The notes beneath the pieces were generated by a model, which saw only the letters and a list, made by a program, of their open reading frames with translations, did not search any database and had not been told where the DNA came from. This document shows positions 1 through 13,789 of a stretch of DNA of 64,000 nt, piece after piece (positions within the stretch are counted from its first letter, which is position 1; the number at the start of each line of letters is the position of its first letter). Source of the stretch: Eledone cirrhosa (Eukaryota). The position numbers were made by a program, and so were the translations under genes. The DNA is taken from NCBI GenBank assembly GCA_964016885.1, contig OZ024748.1:51894001-51958000 (forward strand). Reading direction: 5' to 3'.

Positions 1-1846
1 ATTGCTGGCCTTGTGCCAAAAGTAGAAACAATTAATTATGAGGAGCCAATGGGTTAGTGATGTCAAAATTAGTTTATGTCAGTTTCAATGTTAATATCAG
101 CAAAAGATAACATGAGACATAAAATACGGACACATGAACAGCTTGCTTATCAGCTGTATACTGGGCATCTCCGTAGTTTCAGATGCTTTGAAAACTGAAC
201 TATTCTTCTCAGTTCACCAATAGACTTTAAGAGAGAGAGGTAGAGGGAAGAATCAAGCCAGGTAGTGGCCTGGTACAGTTTTTTATCAACCTTGAAAGGA
301 TGAAAAGCAGAGTTGATCTTGAACTCAGAGAGCAGAGACCTGGGATCAATATGCCAAACATTCCAGCAACTTTGCCAATTTACTGCCTCATGCTAACCTT
401 TATTCATTTGTATTCCCATTTGAATGGAAATATGTAGAACTAGAATTTTTTCCAACATGCTAACGCATATGTGTATATTTGTGTGCATGTGTGTATGTGC
501 ATATGCATACATTTATATGTGTGAGTATATAAATATAAAGGTGGAAACATACACATGCACAGACATACATTCACACAAACACAAATACACATACATTCAT
601 ACATAGCGTAGCAAATGAAACACCAACCGCTGTTTTGCTATAGTTTTTTTCACTATTCCTTTGCTTCCTCTTACACACACATACATTCTCATACACATGC
701 ATTGCGTGACAGACGGAAGTCACTCAAATTTATATATAGCTTAAGAATATTTCCTAGTAAACAATGGAACATTTGACTGTAGATTTGAACTCAAGAAGTA
801 CAAGCCAATAAATTCCTACTCTCCTTTATTTCCAAAGTCCATATTTGTCTTGGTTCAATACTTGCTTATGATATACTCTGTGATCTCTTCTGGATCTATA
901 TATCATATTCTCATGCTTTGATATTTATGCTATATGAGTCATAGGATACCGTCAAGTCAAATTCTCCTATAAGAAGTTATCGTGTTTAAGCATTCATTCT
1001 TGATATACATTAAGAAACCTTATTTACCCTTATATATATATATATATTTATTTATTTATTTATTAAAATAACAGATTAAAGTTTAAACAAAGAATCGCTG
1101 TTTTCACCCTTAATGTTAAGGGTGAAAGCAGCGAGTATTTGCTTAAACTTTAATCTGTTATTTTAATAAATGTTTGCTCTATGGTTCTTATATATTTGAT
1201 ATATATTTATCCTTATCGAGCCCTCTTTGGATTTTAGTTTTCACGTTTATTATTATTACTATATATATACTCTTTTACACTTTTACCTGTTCCAGCTATC
1301 CAGCTGAGGCCATGCTGGGGCACCGCTCTTGTAATATATATATTATTATTACTATATATTTATATAATTTTATTCTTTACCATTAACATTAATACAAAAA
1401 ATAATTGTTATATTTTTTAGAGAAGGGCCTCAAATTTCATATAGTTTAGGGCTTCAGCAGCTGAAAGTCTGGGCCTGCTCTTTGCAATTTCACTTCTCTA
1501 ATTCAATGAATAGAACATACTCAGCCATGTTTCTTTATACATGATAACTGCCATATTGCTCCATCCAAAATCACAGACTCTGGGATCATATGACCTAACA
1601 CCAATGGAATATTAGAATATTATATATGATATCAAAATGTTACTGTGATATCAGAATTATGAATTTTTTATATATGATATCAAGATATTTAAAAAACAAT
1701 ACTAAATGAAAAAAAAAATCAACATTAGTCTTCATCTGATATTATTTATATTTTAGATATATTTTAGATAACATAAAACATTAAAAACACCAGCAATACT
1801 TTAATGATTGATTATATTGTTTTATCTTTTCACTTTTTTTTTGTTT

Positions 1847-1877
<31 letters not shown>

Positions 1878-2176
1878 CTGTAAGATTTTTTTATGGAATT
1901 TTGTGTGATTTAATATTTTTATTCTTTATTTCGTTTGTATTTTTTATGTCTCTCCCCCCTCTATGTGTGTATATATATATATATATATTTACATACATAC
2001 ACATATATACACACACATCCTGTTTCAAACACAATTTATATCTATGTGTGTGTGCCTGTGTTTGTATGTGTCCATTTGTATATATTTATTTGTGTGTTTC
2101 CATATGTATATATTTGTGTGTATGACCATGTGTATGTATATATATATATGTGTGTGTGTGTGCATGACCATGTGTG

Positions 2177-2217
<41 letters not shown>

Positions 2218-2525
2218 ATGTGTGCTTGTTATCCATTTTCTTGTATTACATTTGGGTCTAATAATGGAGACAAAACAAAATATTTGTAGAGAATGGTACT
2301 AAATGTGGACATTGAAATATATGTGTGTGTGTGTATATATATATATATATACATGCGTTTGTGCGTGTGTCTAAACATTGATTTCTCCGAGTACATCTAT
2401 ATTTATATTTAGATAATTAAATATGTGCTGATATACCTTTGTGAGTAATAGGTATCTTTATTTTTAGTACATACACACATATATGTATATATATATATAC
2501 ATATATATGTATATATACACACATG

Positions 2526-2557
<32 letters not shown>

Positions 2558-2864
2558 CATACACACACATATATACACACATACATAAGCACACACATAT
2601 ATATACACTCATATACACACACACATATATATACACACATATACATACACACACATATACACATATATATAAATATAGATATATACATATATATACATAT
2701 ACGCATATATATATATATACATATATACATATACATATATATAATTATATATAGATATATACATATATATATACATATATATAATTATATATAATTATAT
2801 ATACATACATATACAAACATATATATACATCTATATATACTTGTATATATACACATTCACTGGG

Positions 2865-2973
2865 GTAAACTGGAGCAATGTGAAATAAAGTGTCTTGCTC
2901 AAGGAAAATACACATCACCCAGTCTGAGAATTGAACTCACAACCTTTCGATTGCCACTAAGCCATGTGCCTCC
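2865..2973 (-). mobile_element. CORE-SINE family A, head and core fragment
   Basis: Reverse complement of 18475-18600 with an internal deletion. Confidence 0.75.
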
Positions 2974-3251
2974 ATATATATAAGAGGGTGAGAGGGATAG
3001 AGATAAAGACATGCTTAGATACGTAAAATGATCTATATATATATATATATATATATATAGCGGCGATGAATTAGTTTTGCGAGGTTTTTTATATGAAATC
3101 GTGTGTCGAAACAGATATTGTTATACTTGGACCGAGTAAGTTAGATCGCAGATATAATAAAAGACAGCGAGAAGCGAAAATCAACCAAACAGTGAGTGTG
3201 TTCTGTTATTAATTCTGGCAATATTACGCAAATATGACCCTCCCCAAGTAT

Positions 3252-3288
<37 letters not shown>

Positions 3289-3381
3289 AAATGTTATTCA
3301 GTCATGTGTGTGTGTGTACATGTTTGCAAATATACATATAAATACTTTATCTCTATATATATATCAGTATATACATATAAA

Positions 3382-3417
<36 letters not shown>

Positions 3418-4435
3418 TTAACCATGTATTTCATATGGAATATTTGAATAATTTTATTTTGCTTGTTTTATTTATGCTTGATTCAGGTTTGATTTTAGGG
3501 AAAAAAAATACTTTTTTGTTTTATTACAGGTTTATTTTTTGTCTTTATTACACTTTGGGATCTTCGTTTTCATTTCAAATTCTGTGATTTTTTTAAGCAA
3601 TACTTTTATTTACCATATTTCCTGGAGCTGAAGACGCTTTGTCCTCGAGGTTACACCCTGATTTTGACAGCCAAAAATTAAAAAAAAAATAATAAACAAC
3701 CTTTGGCCTCCAGGACGCATGGTAGATTTTTGAGACTTCTTTTAGGAAAAAAGTAGCATCTTTGATGCCAGGAAATACGGTAATTGCCTGAATGAATCAC
3801 AATGATACTGTGCCATGCAAGCCCAATATCAATAACCTTATATTCAATCTTTATTGAGAGTTGCAACAGGTCAAACACTCTTTTACATCATTTTTAATAA
3901 TATTTAATAATTTGCCAATTTTTTCAATTAATGTATAGCTTACCAAACAAAGGTTAGGGACGAACCTTCAGTCGTGCAAAAAACATGACAACCTCTCCTG
4001 TGCACTTGGTAAAACATGAGACGATATGTGAGATATAGCTCCCTGGCCTGTCTTGGAAGTAAGTAGCTCTGCTTCGTTATTGACTTGGACTATGTAGGCC
4101 TATCCAAGCTTAGCTAACAGGGAAAGCGGATGTTAAAATCTCCAATTTGGTGCTAGTAAAGTAACAAACAAATGTATGGAGACAAAGAAGTGAGATAAGA
4201 TTATTTAGCATTTTTCAGTAAAAAGCTCCAGGTATACTCTGTGATGTGTTTGACAAGAGGAAGGTAAACTAACCATATAAAGTATTCCAAAAAGATTTGA
4301 TGCAAGTGAAAGATGGTCCCTAACCTGTTTTGGATGGTAGTTCTCTGAATCAGAACTGAATCAGACCATAGTAACCTCTCCAAACTATGCCAGTACAAAC
4401 AAACAAACATAAAAATTATGAAGATGATAAATAAT

Positions 4436-4625
4436 AATTGTTTCTACTTTAGGCACAAGGCCAGCAATCACCCAGTGCATTACTGGTACTTTATTTGATC
4501 GACCCCATAAGGATGAAAGGCAAAGTCAACCTCGGTGGGATTTGAACTCAGATCGTAAAGGGACGTAACTATGCAGGAAAGCATGGCGTCCAACCCTCTA
4601 CCGATACTGCCAATCCACCTCACTA
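4436..4625 (-). mobile_element. Meta-like SINE (a diverged second copy follows at 4640-4800)
   Basis: Close match to 36984-37171. Confidence 0.85.
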
Positions 4626-4869
4626 TAAGAATGATAATAATAATGGTTTCTGATTTAGGTACAAGGCCAGAAATTTGAAGGAAAGGGGAAGGTCAATTAA
4701 ATCGACCTCAGTGTATTACTGGTACTTTATTTTATTGACCCCGCAAGGATGAGAGGCAAAGATAACCTCAGCGAGATTTGAACTCAGACCATAGAGAGCG
4801 GTAATGGGTTCTTTTCGTAATCTAATGATAGACACAAACACATACAGCATATGTTCATTTACAAATATA

Positions 4870-5290
4870 TATATATACACACACACACATAGCCACACAC
4901 ATGTATGCGTGTTTGTATATACATATATACATGTGTGAGAAGTAGTACAACCCTTGTCATATATACATACACACACACACAGCCACACATATGTGAGTGT
5001 ATGTGTACTCATATATACACACACACAGCCACACACATGAATGTGTGTTTGTATATACATATATACATGTGTGAGAAGTAGTACAACCCCTGTCATATAT
5101 ACACACATACACACACACAGCCACACATATGTGAGTGTATGTGTAGATATATAAATACATATATTTATATATGAGAGGTAGTACAACCCCTGTCATATAT
5201 ATATACACACACACACAGCCACACATATGTGAGTGTACGTGTACATATATAAATACATATATTTATATATGAGAGGTAGTACAACCCCTG

Positions 5291-5295
<5 letters not shown>
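4870..5295. repeat. Minisatellite with ~100-120 bp units (GAG(A/G)(A/G)GTAGTACAACCC..GTCATAT..ACAGCCACACAT), 4 copies
   Basis: GTAGTACAACCC recurs at ~4942, 5078, 5178, 5277. Confidence 0.8.
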
Positions 5296-5347
<52 letters not shown>

Positions 5348-6120
5348 CACACACATACAGCCATATATATATATATATATGTGTATGTGTGTGTGTATAT
5401 ACATCTATATATATTAATTGCCCCCTTGCTTAATTTTCGAGAGCATACATTAGTTTAATTTGTGTGATTCTCTTCTCACATAGTTGAATTAACTTCTAAA
5501 ATTACTGACCCAATCAATTAAGATAAAACTTAAGAATGGAAAATATTGAAATTAATAAGTAAATTAAATGAAAATCAAATAAAACCAATAGAAAACAATA
5601 AGGAAAGCTTGATAGATTCTATTAGGAAATATAAACAAACCACATCACCTAGAATACCACCACCACTTTACCACCACCACTTATACCACCTCACTACCAC
5701 CTTAACAACACCACCATCACAACCTGTACTACCTTAATACCACCACCATCACAACCTATTCCACCTCACTTCCACCACAACTTATATATCGGCTAACCAC
5801 CACCCCACCTATACCACCGATATCACTTCACTACCACCTCTACCACAACCTTTACCCCCTCACTAGTTCACCACCAATGTCACCGCACCACCACCACCTA
5901 TAATACCTCCACCACCGCCACCAATACAACCTATACCACCTTACTACCACTACAACCACTAGCACAACCTTTACCACCTCACCACCTATACCACCACCAC
6001 CACCACCACCTATATGCCCTCATCTAGACTAACCACCACTATCATCATCATCACAGCTATAACTAATAACCTGGCAGCTTTCTTCCAGAGAAAAGCAACT
6101 ATATATGATGATGTTGAACG

Positions 6121-7620
6121 TGGTGATGTGGTGGGGGTGATGATGGTGGTGATGATGGTGGTGATGATGGTGGTGGTGGTGGTGATGTTGGTGATGGTGA
6201 TGGTGGTGGTGATGTTGGTGGTGGTGGTGGTGATGTGGTGGGGGTGATGTGGTGGGGGTGATGATGGTGGTGGTGGTGGTGGTGATGTTGGTGATGGTGA
6301 TGGTGGTGGTGATGTTGGTGGTGGTGGTGGTGATGTGGTGGGGGTGATGTGGTGGGGGTGATGATGGTGGTGGTGATGTTGGTGGTGATGTTGGTGATGG
6401 TGGTGGTGATGGTGGTGGTGATGTTGGTGGTGGTGGTGGTGATGTGGTGGGGGTGATGATGGTGGTGGTGGTGATGGTGGTGGTGGTGGTGATGGTGGTG
6501 GTGATGGTGGTGGTGGTGGTGGTGATGTGGTGGGGGTGATGTGGTGGGGGTGATGATGGTGGTGGTGGTGGTGGTGATGTTGGTGATGGTGATGGTGGTG
6601 GTGATGTTGGTGGTGGTGGTGGTGATGTGGTGGGGGTGATGTGGTGGGGGTGATGATGGTGGTGGTGATGTTGGTGGTGATGTTGGTGATGGTGGTGGTG
6701 ATGGTGGTGGTGATGTTGGTGGTGGTGGTGGTGATGTGGTGGGGGTGATGATGGTGGTGGTGGTGATGGTGGTGGTGGTGGTGATGGTGGTGGTGATGGT
6801 GGTGGTGATGTTGGTGGTGGTGGTGATGGTGATGGTGGTGGTGGTGGTGATGGTGGTGGTGATGTTGGTGGTGGTGGTGATGATGGTGGTGGTGGTGGTG
6901 ATGATGGTGGTGGTGGTGATGATGGTGGTGGTGGTGGTGGTGATGTTGGTGGTGGTGGTGGTGGTGGTGATGTTGGTGGTGGTGGTGATGATGGTGGTGG
7001 TGGTGGTGATGTTGATGGTGATGATGGTGGTGGTGGTGGTGATGTGGTGGGGGTGATGATGGTGGTGGTGGTGATGGTGGTGGTGATGGTGGTGGTGATG
7101 GTGGTGGTGATGTTGGTGGTGGTGGTGATGGTGATGGTGGTGGTGGTGATGTTGGTGATGGTGGTGGTGATGATGGTGGTGGTGGTGGTGGTGATGGTGA
7201 TGGTGGTGGTGATGTTGGTGGTGGTGATGATGTTGGTGGTGGTGGTGGTGATGGTGGTGGTGGTGGTGATGATGGTGGTGGTGGTGATGATGGTGGTGGT
7301 GGTGGTGGTGATGTTGGTGGTGGTGGTGGTGGTGGTGATGTTGGTGGTGATGATGGTGATGATGGTGGTGGTGGTGGTGGTGATGTTGGTGGTGGTGATG
7401 TGGTGGGGGTGATGATGGTGGTGGTGGTGATGGTGGTGGTGATGGTGGTGGTGATGATGGTGGTGGTGATGATGGTGGTGATGTTGGTGGTGGTGGTGAT
7501 GGTGATGGTGGTGGTGGTGGTGATGATGGTGGTGGTGGTGGTGATGATGGTGGTGGTGGTGGTGATGTTGATGGTGCTGGTAGTGATGTTGATGGTGGGG
7601 ATGTGGTGGTGGTGGTGATG
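6121..7620. repeat. Complex (GGT/GAT/GTT)n trinucleotide array
   Basis: Direct reading; punctuated by GATGTGGTGGGG. Confidence 0.95.
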
Positions 7621-8667
7621 CTGAAGCCAATGATGAGGGTTGTAATGATGATGATGATGATGCAACAGCTATAAAAGGTGATAGGCAAACATCTTGAAGA
7701 TTTATTGCTTAAATTCATTTTGATCATTAAATCAACCCTCTCTAGACTGTGCCACACACACAGTTTGCTCCTCCCACACCACACCACCACTCCACCAGCC
7801 TGCTCCTCCCACACCACACCACCACTCCCCCAGCCTGCACCTCTCACACTACACCATCTCTACACACCACACCACACCAGGTCACTACACCAACACTCAC
7901 CCAGCCTGTGCCTACGAGACCACACCACACTACACAACACACTCCACTACACTACACTACACAAGGTCATTACACCACCTCTACACACCACACTACACCA
8001 CCTCTACACACCACACTACACCACCTCTACACACCACACCGGGTCAAAACACCCCCCTCTACACACCACACTACCCCACACACCACACCACACCACACCA
8101 CACTACACACCACACTACACCACACTACACACCGCACCACACAAGGTCACTACACCACCACACCACACTACACCACACCACACTACACACCAGACCGGGT
8201 CACTACACCACCACACCACACCACACCACACTACACCACCACACTACACACCACACCACACTACACCACCACACCACACCTTGATCATCACAGTGTAAAA
8301 CCAAGATGTTGTTCTCTATATTTCACAAACACCTGACTATTTAATGAAAAGCAAATATAATTAAAAATGTTTTGTTGTTGCTTCTAGTCGCACACATACA
8401 CATACATATAACATAGATACAGCCACACATACATATATATATACATATCCACATACATATATATACATTCACATATATATATATACATTCACATACATTC
8501 GCACAAATGTATAGATACATCCACATATACATACATACATACATATACACACATATGTATAGATACACCCACACATACATACATATACATTCACACATAT
8601 GTATAGATACACCCACACATACATACATACATATACATTCACACATATGTATCTATACATATGTATA

Positions 8668-9128
8668 GATAAAAGCCGACCTTACCCAATTACACCTCTC
8701 AAAGGCGATGACACACAACCGTGACCTCTGGCGTCACGCAGTAATACAGAGTACCTGACCTGCTATGGGTACAAGCTGAAGTATATAGACAATATGCCCC
8801 AACACCCTCCCACTGCAAGGTGGTCGTGGAGGTGCCACGGCAAAAAAGCACCCAGCCCACACTGTAAAGTGGACGTGGAGGTGCCGCGGCTAAAATGCAC
8901 CCAGCCCACACTGTAAAGTGGACTTGTAGGCACCACAAAAAAAGCACCCAGCACTCACTGTAAATGAGGTTGGTGTTAGAAAGGGCATCCAGCTGTAGAA
9001 ATCAAGCCAAATCAGTTCCTGTATGAGCAAGGCATGGTCAGCCGACCAGACACTGCCCACATCAGGACAACCCGTCTAACCCATGCTAGCGTGGAAGAAC
9101 GGACGTACAACGGTGATGATGATGATGA
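8668..9128 (+). mobile_element. 5'-truncated RTE-A 3' end
   Basis: Close copy of 16585-17004 with one extra internal unit; (GAT)n tail. Confidence 0.88.
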
Positions 9129-10120
9129 CACCCACATATACATACATACATACATACATAAACACATATGTATAGATATACCCTTACATATATATATACA
9201 CACATACATTCACACATAGATACCCTTACACACATAGATATACCCTTACACACATACATACACATATATAGATATATCCTTACATACATACATACACATA
9301 TATATAGATACACCCACACATACACATATATTCACATACATACACACATACATTCATATATACATACATATATATATAGACACTTTTAATTAAATGATTA
9401 TTCCTCCCTTAATAATTCTAAGCTTTATGTTTTTACCTTTTATATATATATATGGTTATTTATTTAGGTATTTATTTATATATTTATATATTTATTTATT
9501 CCCAACTGTCTTCTTTCGTTTGTTATTTTCTTTCTAAGAAACAAAGGAAGAAATCCCCAAACAATCAATCTTCATTCTTTCATTCTCACCAATCTTCTCT
9601 CATTTTTCTTTCTACGAAACTTCATTCATTTGCTTCTATTAATTTTGCCTCTTAATTTCTTTCACATTGTTGTTATTTGTTTATTTATATTTCTTGTTAT
9701 CATCTTCCTTCAGTTGTATTTCTCATTATCTGCTACTAATTTCCTAATTATTCATTAGTCTCTTTCATTCTGACAATCAGACAATATTTTCATTAATTCA
9801 TTATCCCTTCTTTCCTTTCTACCTTTCTATCTATTAAGCCAATACTTCTTTCTTAATTTCTTCATCGTTATTTATCACCTGGCCTGGCCTCAACCATATT
9901 ATCAGCACCTCGTACACTCTACACAAGCACTTATATAAATATACAGATTTACAGTAGACATTCATCACCAATTTGAGTACGAACCCAGTCAGTTGATGAT
10001 CCTTTGATCCATCCAGCCCTTCCTAGCAAAGAAAGCAGATGTTAAACGATGATGATGATGATAATAAGCCACACAAGGCATATGAGGCCAACAAGGGAGT
10101 CTCTATGTGGATGTGAATGC

Positions 10121-10516
10121 TTAACCCTGTATCAGTTAAACCTCGGCTGTATCTGGCCAAAATTCTCACACCTCTTTCTTTTCAAACTGACTGTAACCAA
10201 CCGCTCATACTGATGTTAAGGTATTGTTCTCAAAAGAAATAATATCAAAATCTCATAGCTTCGATATTATGTGGGATAAAGTGTTTACCATGAAAATAAA
10301 AAGTAAATATAGAGTAATGTAAATGCTAAAGGGTTGAACTGGCAAGACTTCTCTCACCTCTTTCTGTTCAAACTCACTGTAACCAGCCGCTCATACTTAT
10401 GTTAAGGTATTGTTCTCAAAATGAATAATATTAAAATCGCACAGATTCGATATTATGTGAGATAATTATGTGAGGTAATGCCTTTACTACAAATATACGA
10501 TATGATAAAGAGTTAA
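10121..10516 (+). mobile_element. Tandem pair of piggyBac-type MITEs
   Basis: TTAACCCT start. Two copies of CTGTAACC..GCTCATAC..GTTAAGGTATTGTTCTCAAAA..TTCGATATTATGTG, ending TAAAGGGTTGA and TAAAGAGTTAA. Confidence 0.7.
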
Positions 10517-10729
10517 CCTGATAGTGATAGCAACCATATCAACATGAAACAGTTGGATATGTCAAGTTGTGAAAGAGTATTGGGGAGAGGCACAACCACA
10601 GCTGTTTGAAGTTTAGTATCACAAGTTCTTGCTGACAATGAGGGCTTTAGCTGCCATATCATATGCTGGGTGTTTACAGTGAGTTTTTGTGTTTGAGTTT
10701 CCTACACATTTCTCTTATTCTCATAATTT

Positions 10730-10927
10730 AGGAGTCATGACAAAAAGCACCCAGCACACACTGTCAATGTGATTGGCATTAGGAAGGGCATCCAGCCATA
10801 GATATCTAGCCCCAAACAGTCCTATATGAGCAAGACATGGTCACCTGACCCAACTTGCCTCGAAAGGAACAACCTGCCTAATCCATGCTTGTATGGAAAA
10901 TGGACGTTAAATGATGAAGATGATGAT
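10730..10927 (+). mobile_element. RTE-type 3' UTR fragment
   Basis: AAAAAGCACCCAGCACACACTGT...TTAGGAAGGGCATCCAGC...CATGCTTGTATGGAAAATGGACGTTAAATGATGA. Confidence 0.7.
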
Positions 10928-11122
10928 AGCATAAATAAAGTCCCATAAACTGAGCGCCTGATGAGGGCCAGTTTTGAAGAGGCTCCTCCACTATAAAGTG
11001 GTGGCCATAACTGGACCCCAAAACCTAAGATTGCACATGAAACTATATTTGTGCTAAATAAACTCTCTTGCAATAGATTGAGCATTGATTTCTTTGACCT
11101 TTTATCGACAGATATCCTGCAT

Positions 11123-11176
<54 letters not shown>

Positions 11177-11714
11177 TGCCACCATTACATCATGTCATCA
11201 CCACATCATCACCACCATTATCATTATATCACCGTCACAAACATCACATCATTACAATCATTATCACATCACCATCACATCACATCACCACAACCACATC
11301 ACCACCACAATCACATCATCACATCATCACCATCACCACAATCATCACATCATCACCATCACCACAATCATCACATCACATCACATCACCACCACAAACA
11401 CATCATCACCATAATCATCATCACGTCACATTATTGCCACCATCACATCGTCATCATCATCATTACCATCACAATCCCACTTATGTTTGCTATCCCATGC
11501 TGACATCTATTAAAGGAGACTTTTAGAATTAGTATACTATGGCCGGATGCTTTTCCTGATACCAACTTTTTAGTGCTTCTTATTATTCTCTCACATAAAG
11601 TGTACTGAATTAATAAACTGTACAATTTTGTGTCTTATTTCATTTTTCGTACTGTGTATTTAACACTATGTAATTTAATATGTCTGTCTTTTTCTTTTAA
11701 AAAATAGCAAAATG

Positions 11715-11940
11715 TCAGGTTGTGGGTTCGATTCCTGGGCTGCGTGTTGTGTTCTTGAGCATAACACTTCATTTCACATTGCTCCAGTATACTCAGCTGA
11801 AAATGAGTACCAGCAATAGCTGGGTGTTTAATCCAGAGATGAACTGGCATCATGTCCAGCGGAAGTCTTGTAACACCACGGAAACCAGGATAAGCACTGG
11901 CTGATGAGCTTTTAGGCTCGAGACAGACTTTAGACTTTTA
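11715..11940 (+). mobile_element. CORE-SINE family B (5'-truncated)
   Basis: B box GGGTTCGATTCC, core and family-B tail. Confidence 0.78.
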
Positions 11941-12279
11941 GAAAGAGTAATTTGAGAAATATTTTTCTGTTATTTCAAGCACGTAGAAATATCCTTGTAG
12001 AGTATGCTTTGGTGGTGGGGATCTCTCCCAAGCCTCATCTAGAAATTAATGCCAATAATGGATGCTTAGATTATTTAATTTTCTTTTTTTTTTTAAATAT
12101 AAAAAAAATATTTAAAATATATAAAAAATATTTTTTTAAATATAAAAATAAATAAAATGTCTGATTTGGTCATCTAGTCTGTATTATCTTGATTCTCATA
12201 CAACAAACATATGTTGTTGTTGGTATTGTTGCTGTTGGTTCTGCTATTGTTCTTGGTGGTGGTGATATTTCTGTTATTG

Positions 12280-12420
12280 TTTTTCTTTGCTCCCATATTC
12301 CTGAGCGTATCATGGGAACAGAGTCGTGAAACACACCTTCCAGTGGGTCCTGTCAAAAGCAACCATTTCCAACTGATCCAGCTGGAACCCCAAATGAGAC
12401 CAGCCAAGCTCATGGATGCT
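12280..12420 (-). pseudogene. Old RTE (Expander/Rex3-like) ORF C-terminal remnant
   Basis: Minus frame HELGWSHLGFQLDQLEMVAFDRTHWKVCF resembles the LGIPPEELEEVAGEREVW-type ends of Expander/Rex3 ORFs. Homologous copy at 60360-60495. Confidence 0.55.
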
Positions 12421-12953
12421 ATCATATATGTCAGTGTTGTTGTTATTTCTATTTCAAAATATTATGCAGAATAACTTTGTAAGGGATGATGTGTTGGTGT
12501 GGTTCTCCCACAGGTCTCATTTAAAAGTCAATGCCAATAATAGATGCCAAAATCCTTAAAAATAAAAAAAATATATATAAATATATATATATGAAATGTC
12601 TGTCTTGGTCATCTAGTCTGAATTATCTAGATCCTCTAACAACAGACAGATCCATTAAATATAAATAAAAAAGGATCTATGAGTCGGTCTTCAAATATCT
12701 CATTCATTCAGCCATTAAAGATTTCTCAGCAGGAAGCTTTTCTGTTTTAGTATATTACTTTCTTTCTATATATCCTCCTGTATTTATTACTTCATCTGCC
12801 CAATGTTTATCATGTTTAGTTTCTTTGTGTGAGTGAGTGTGTATATATGTATATATATATGTATGATGATGATGATATATATATGTATATATATATATGT
12901 ATGATGATGATGATGATATATATATATATATAGAGAGAGAGAGGTATACACAT

Positions 12954-12984
<31 letters not shown>

Positions 12985-13015
12985 CATATATACACATACA
13001 CACATATATATATAG

Positions 13016-13068
<53 letters not shown>

Positions 13069-13115
13069 TACACATACACACATATATATAGAAATATATA
13101 TATATATATATACAA

Positions 13116-13150
<35 letters not shown>

Positions 13151-13163
13151 TATATATACATAT

Positions 13164-13204
<41 letters not shown>

Positions 13205-13259
13205 GTAAAAATAAATATAAATATATACATACATACATACATACACATATATAGATATA

Positions 13260-13314
<55 letters not shown>

Positions 13315-13756
13315 CATGTTTCTATATTATTCCAAATTCCGTTAAATTGCATCTGCTGTAATTTCCATAACGGATTTCCAAATTGTTGTTTCATGGAGTC
13401 TTTACTGCCAAGAAATATAATTTATTATACGACCATCAGGGGAAGAAAAAGATGGTAACAATATACCAAAAACCTTCAGAAAATGTAATAAACAATATAA
13501 TATAATACAAAATATTTATATATATATATATATAATGTATGTGTGTCTTATTATATATATATATATATAATGTATGTGTGTTATGTATATATATATAGAG
13601 AGAGATATTTATATATATAATGTATGTGTGTGTTATTGTATATATATATATATATATATCAACCTTTTGTTAGTTATATGTGTTTGTGATGTATATATAT
13701 GTATATAAATAGATATTTATATATATAATGTATATATAAATATATATAAAGTGTAT

Positions 13757-13789
<33 letters not shown>

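Noticed and set aside
6010-7847. Long His/Pro/Thr-rich ORFs (551, 533, 582 aa), and similar mucin/extensin-like ORFs at 14141-15333, 19442-23762, 53193-54006, 56945-59137
   Set aside because: Open in several frames and on both strands because the trinucleotide repeats lack stops; no domain content or splice support.
11895-11930. CTGATGAGC-TTTTAG-GCTCGAGA as a hammerhead
   Set aside because: GAGA instead of GAAA, no stem I/III, and the homologous SINE-B tails (44815, 60225) do not conserve the core. It is a SINE 3' stem-loop.
13330-13480. Possible minus-strand terminal exon (GFWYIVTIFFFP* or VFGILLPSFSSPDGRIINYISWQ*)
   Set aside because: Weak acceptor, short frames and no recognisable homology; could equally be a repeat fragment.
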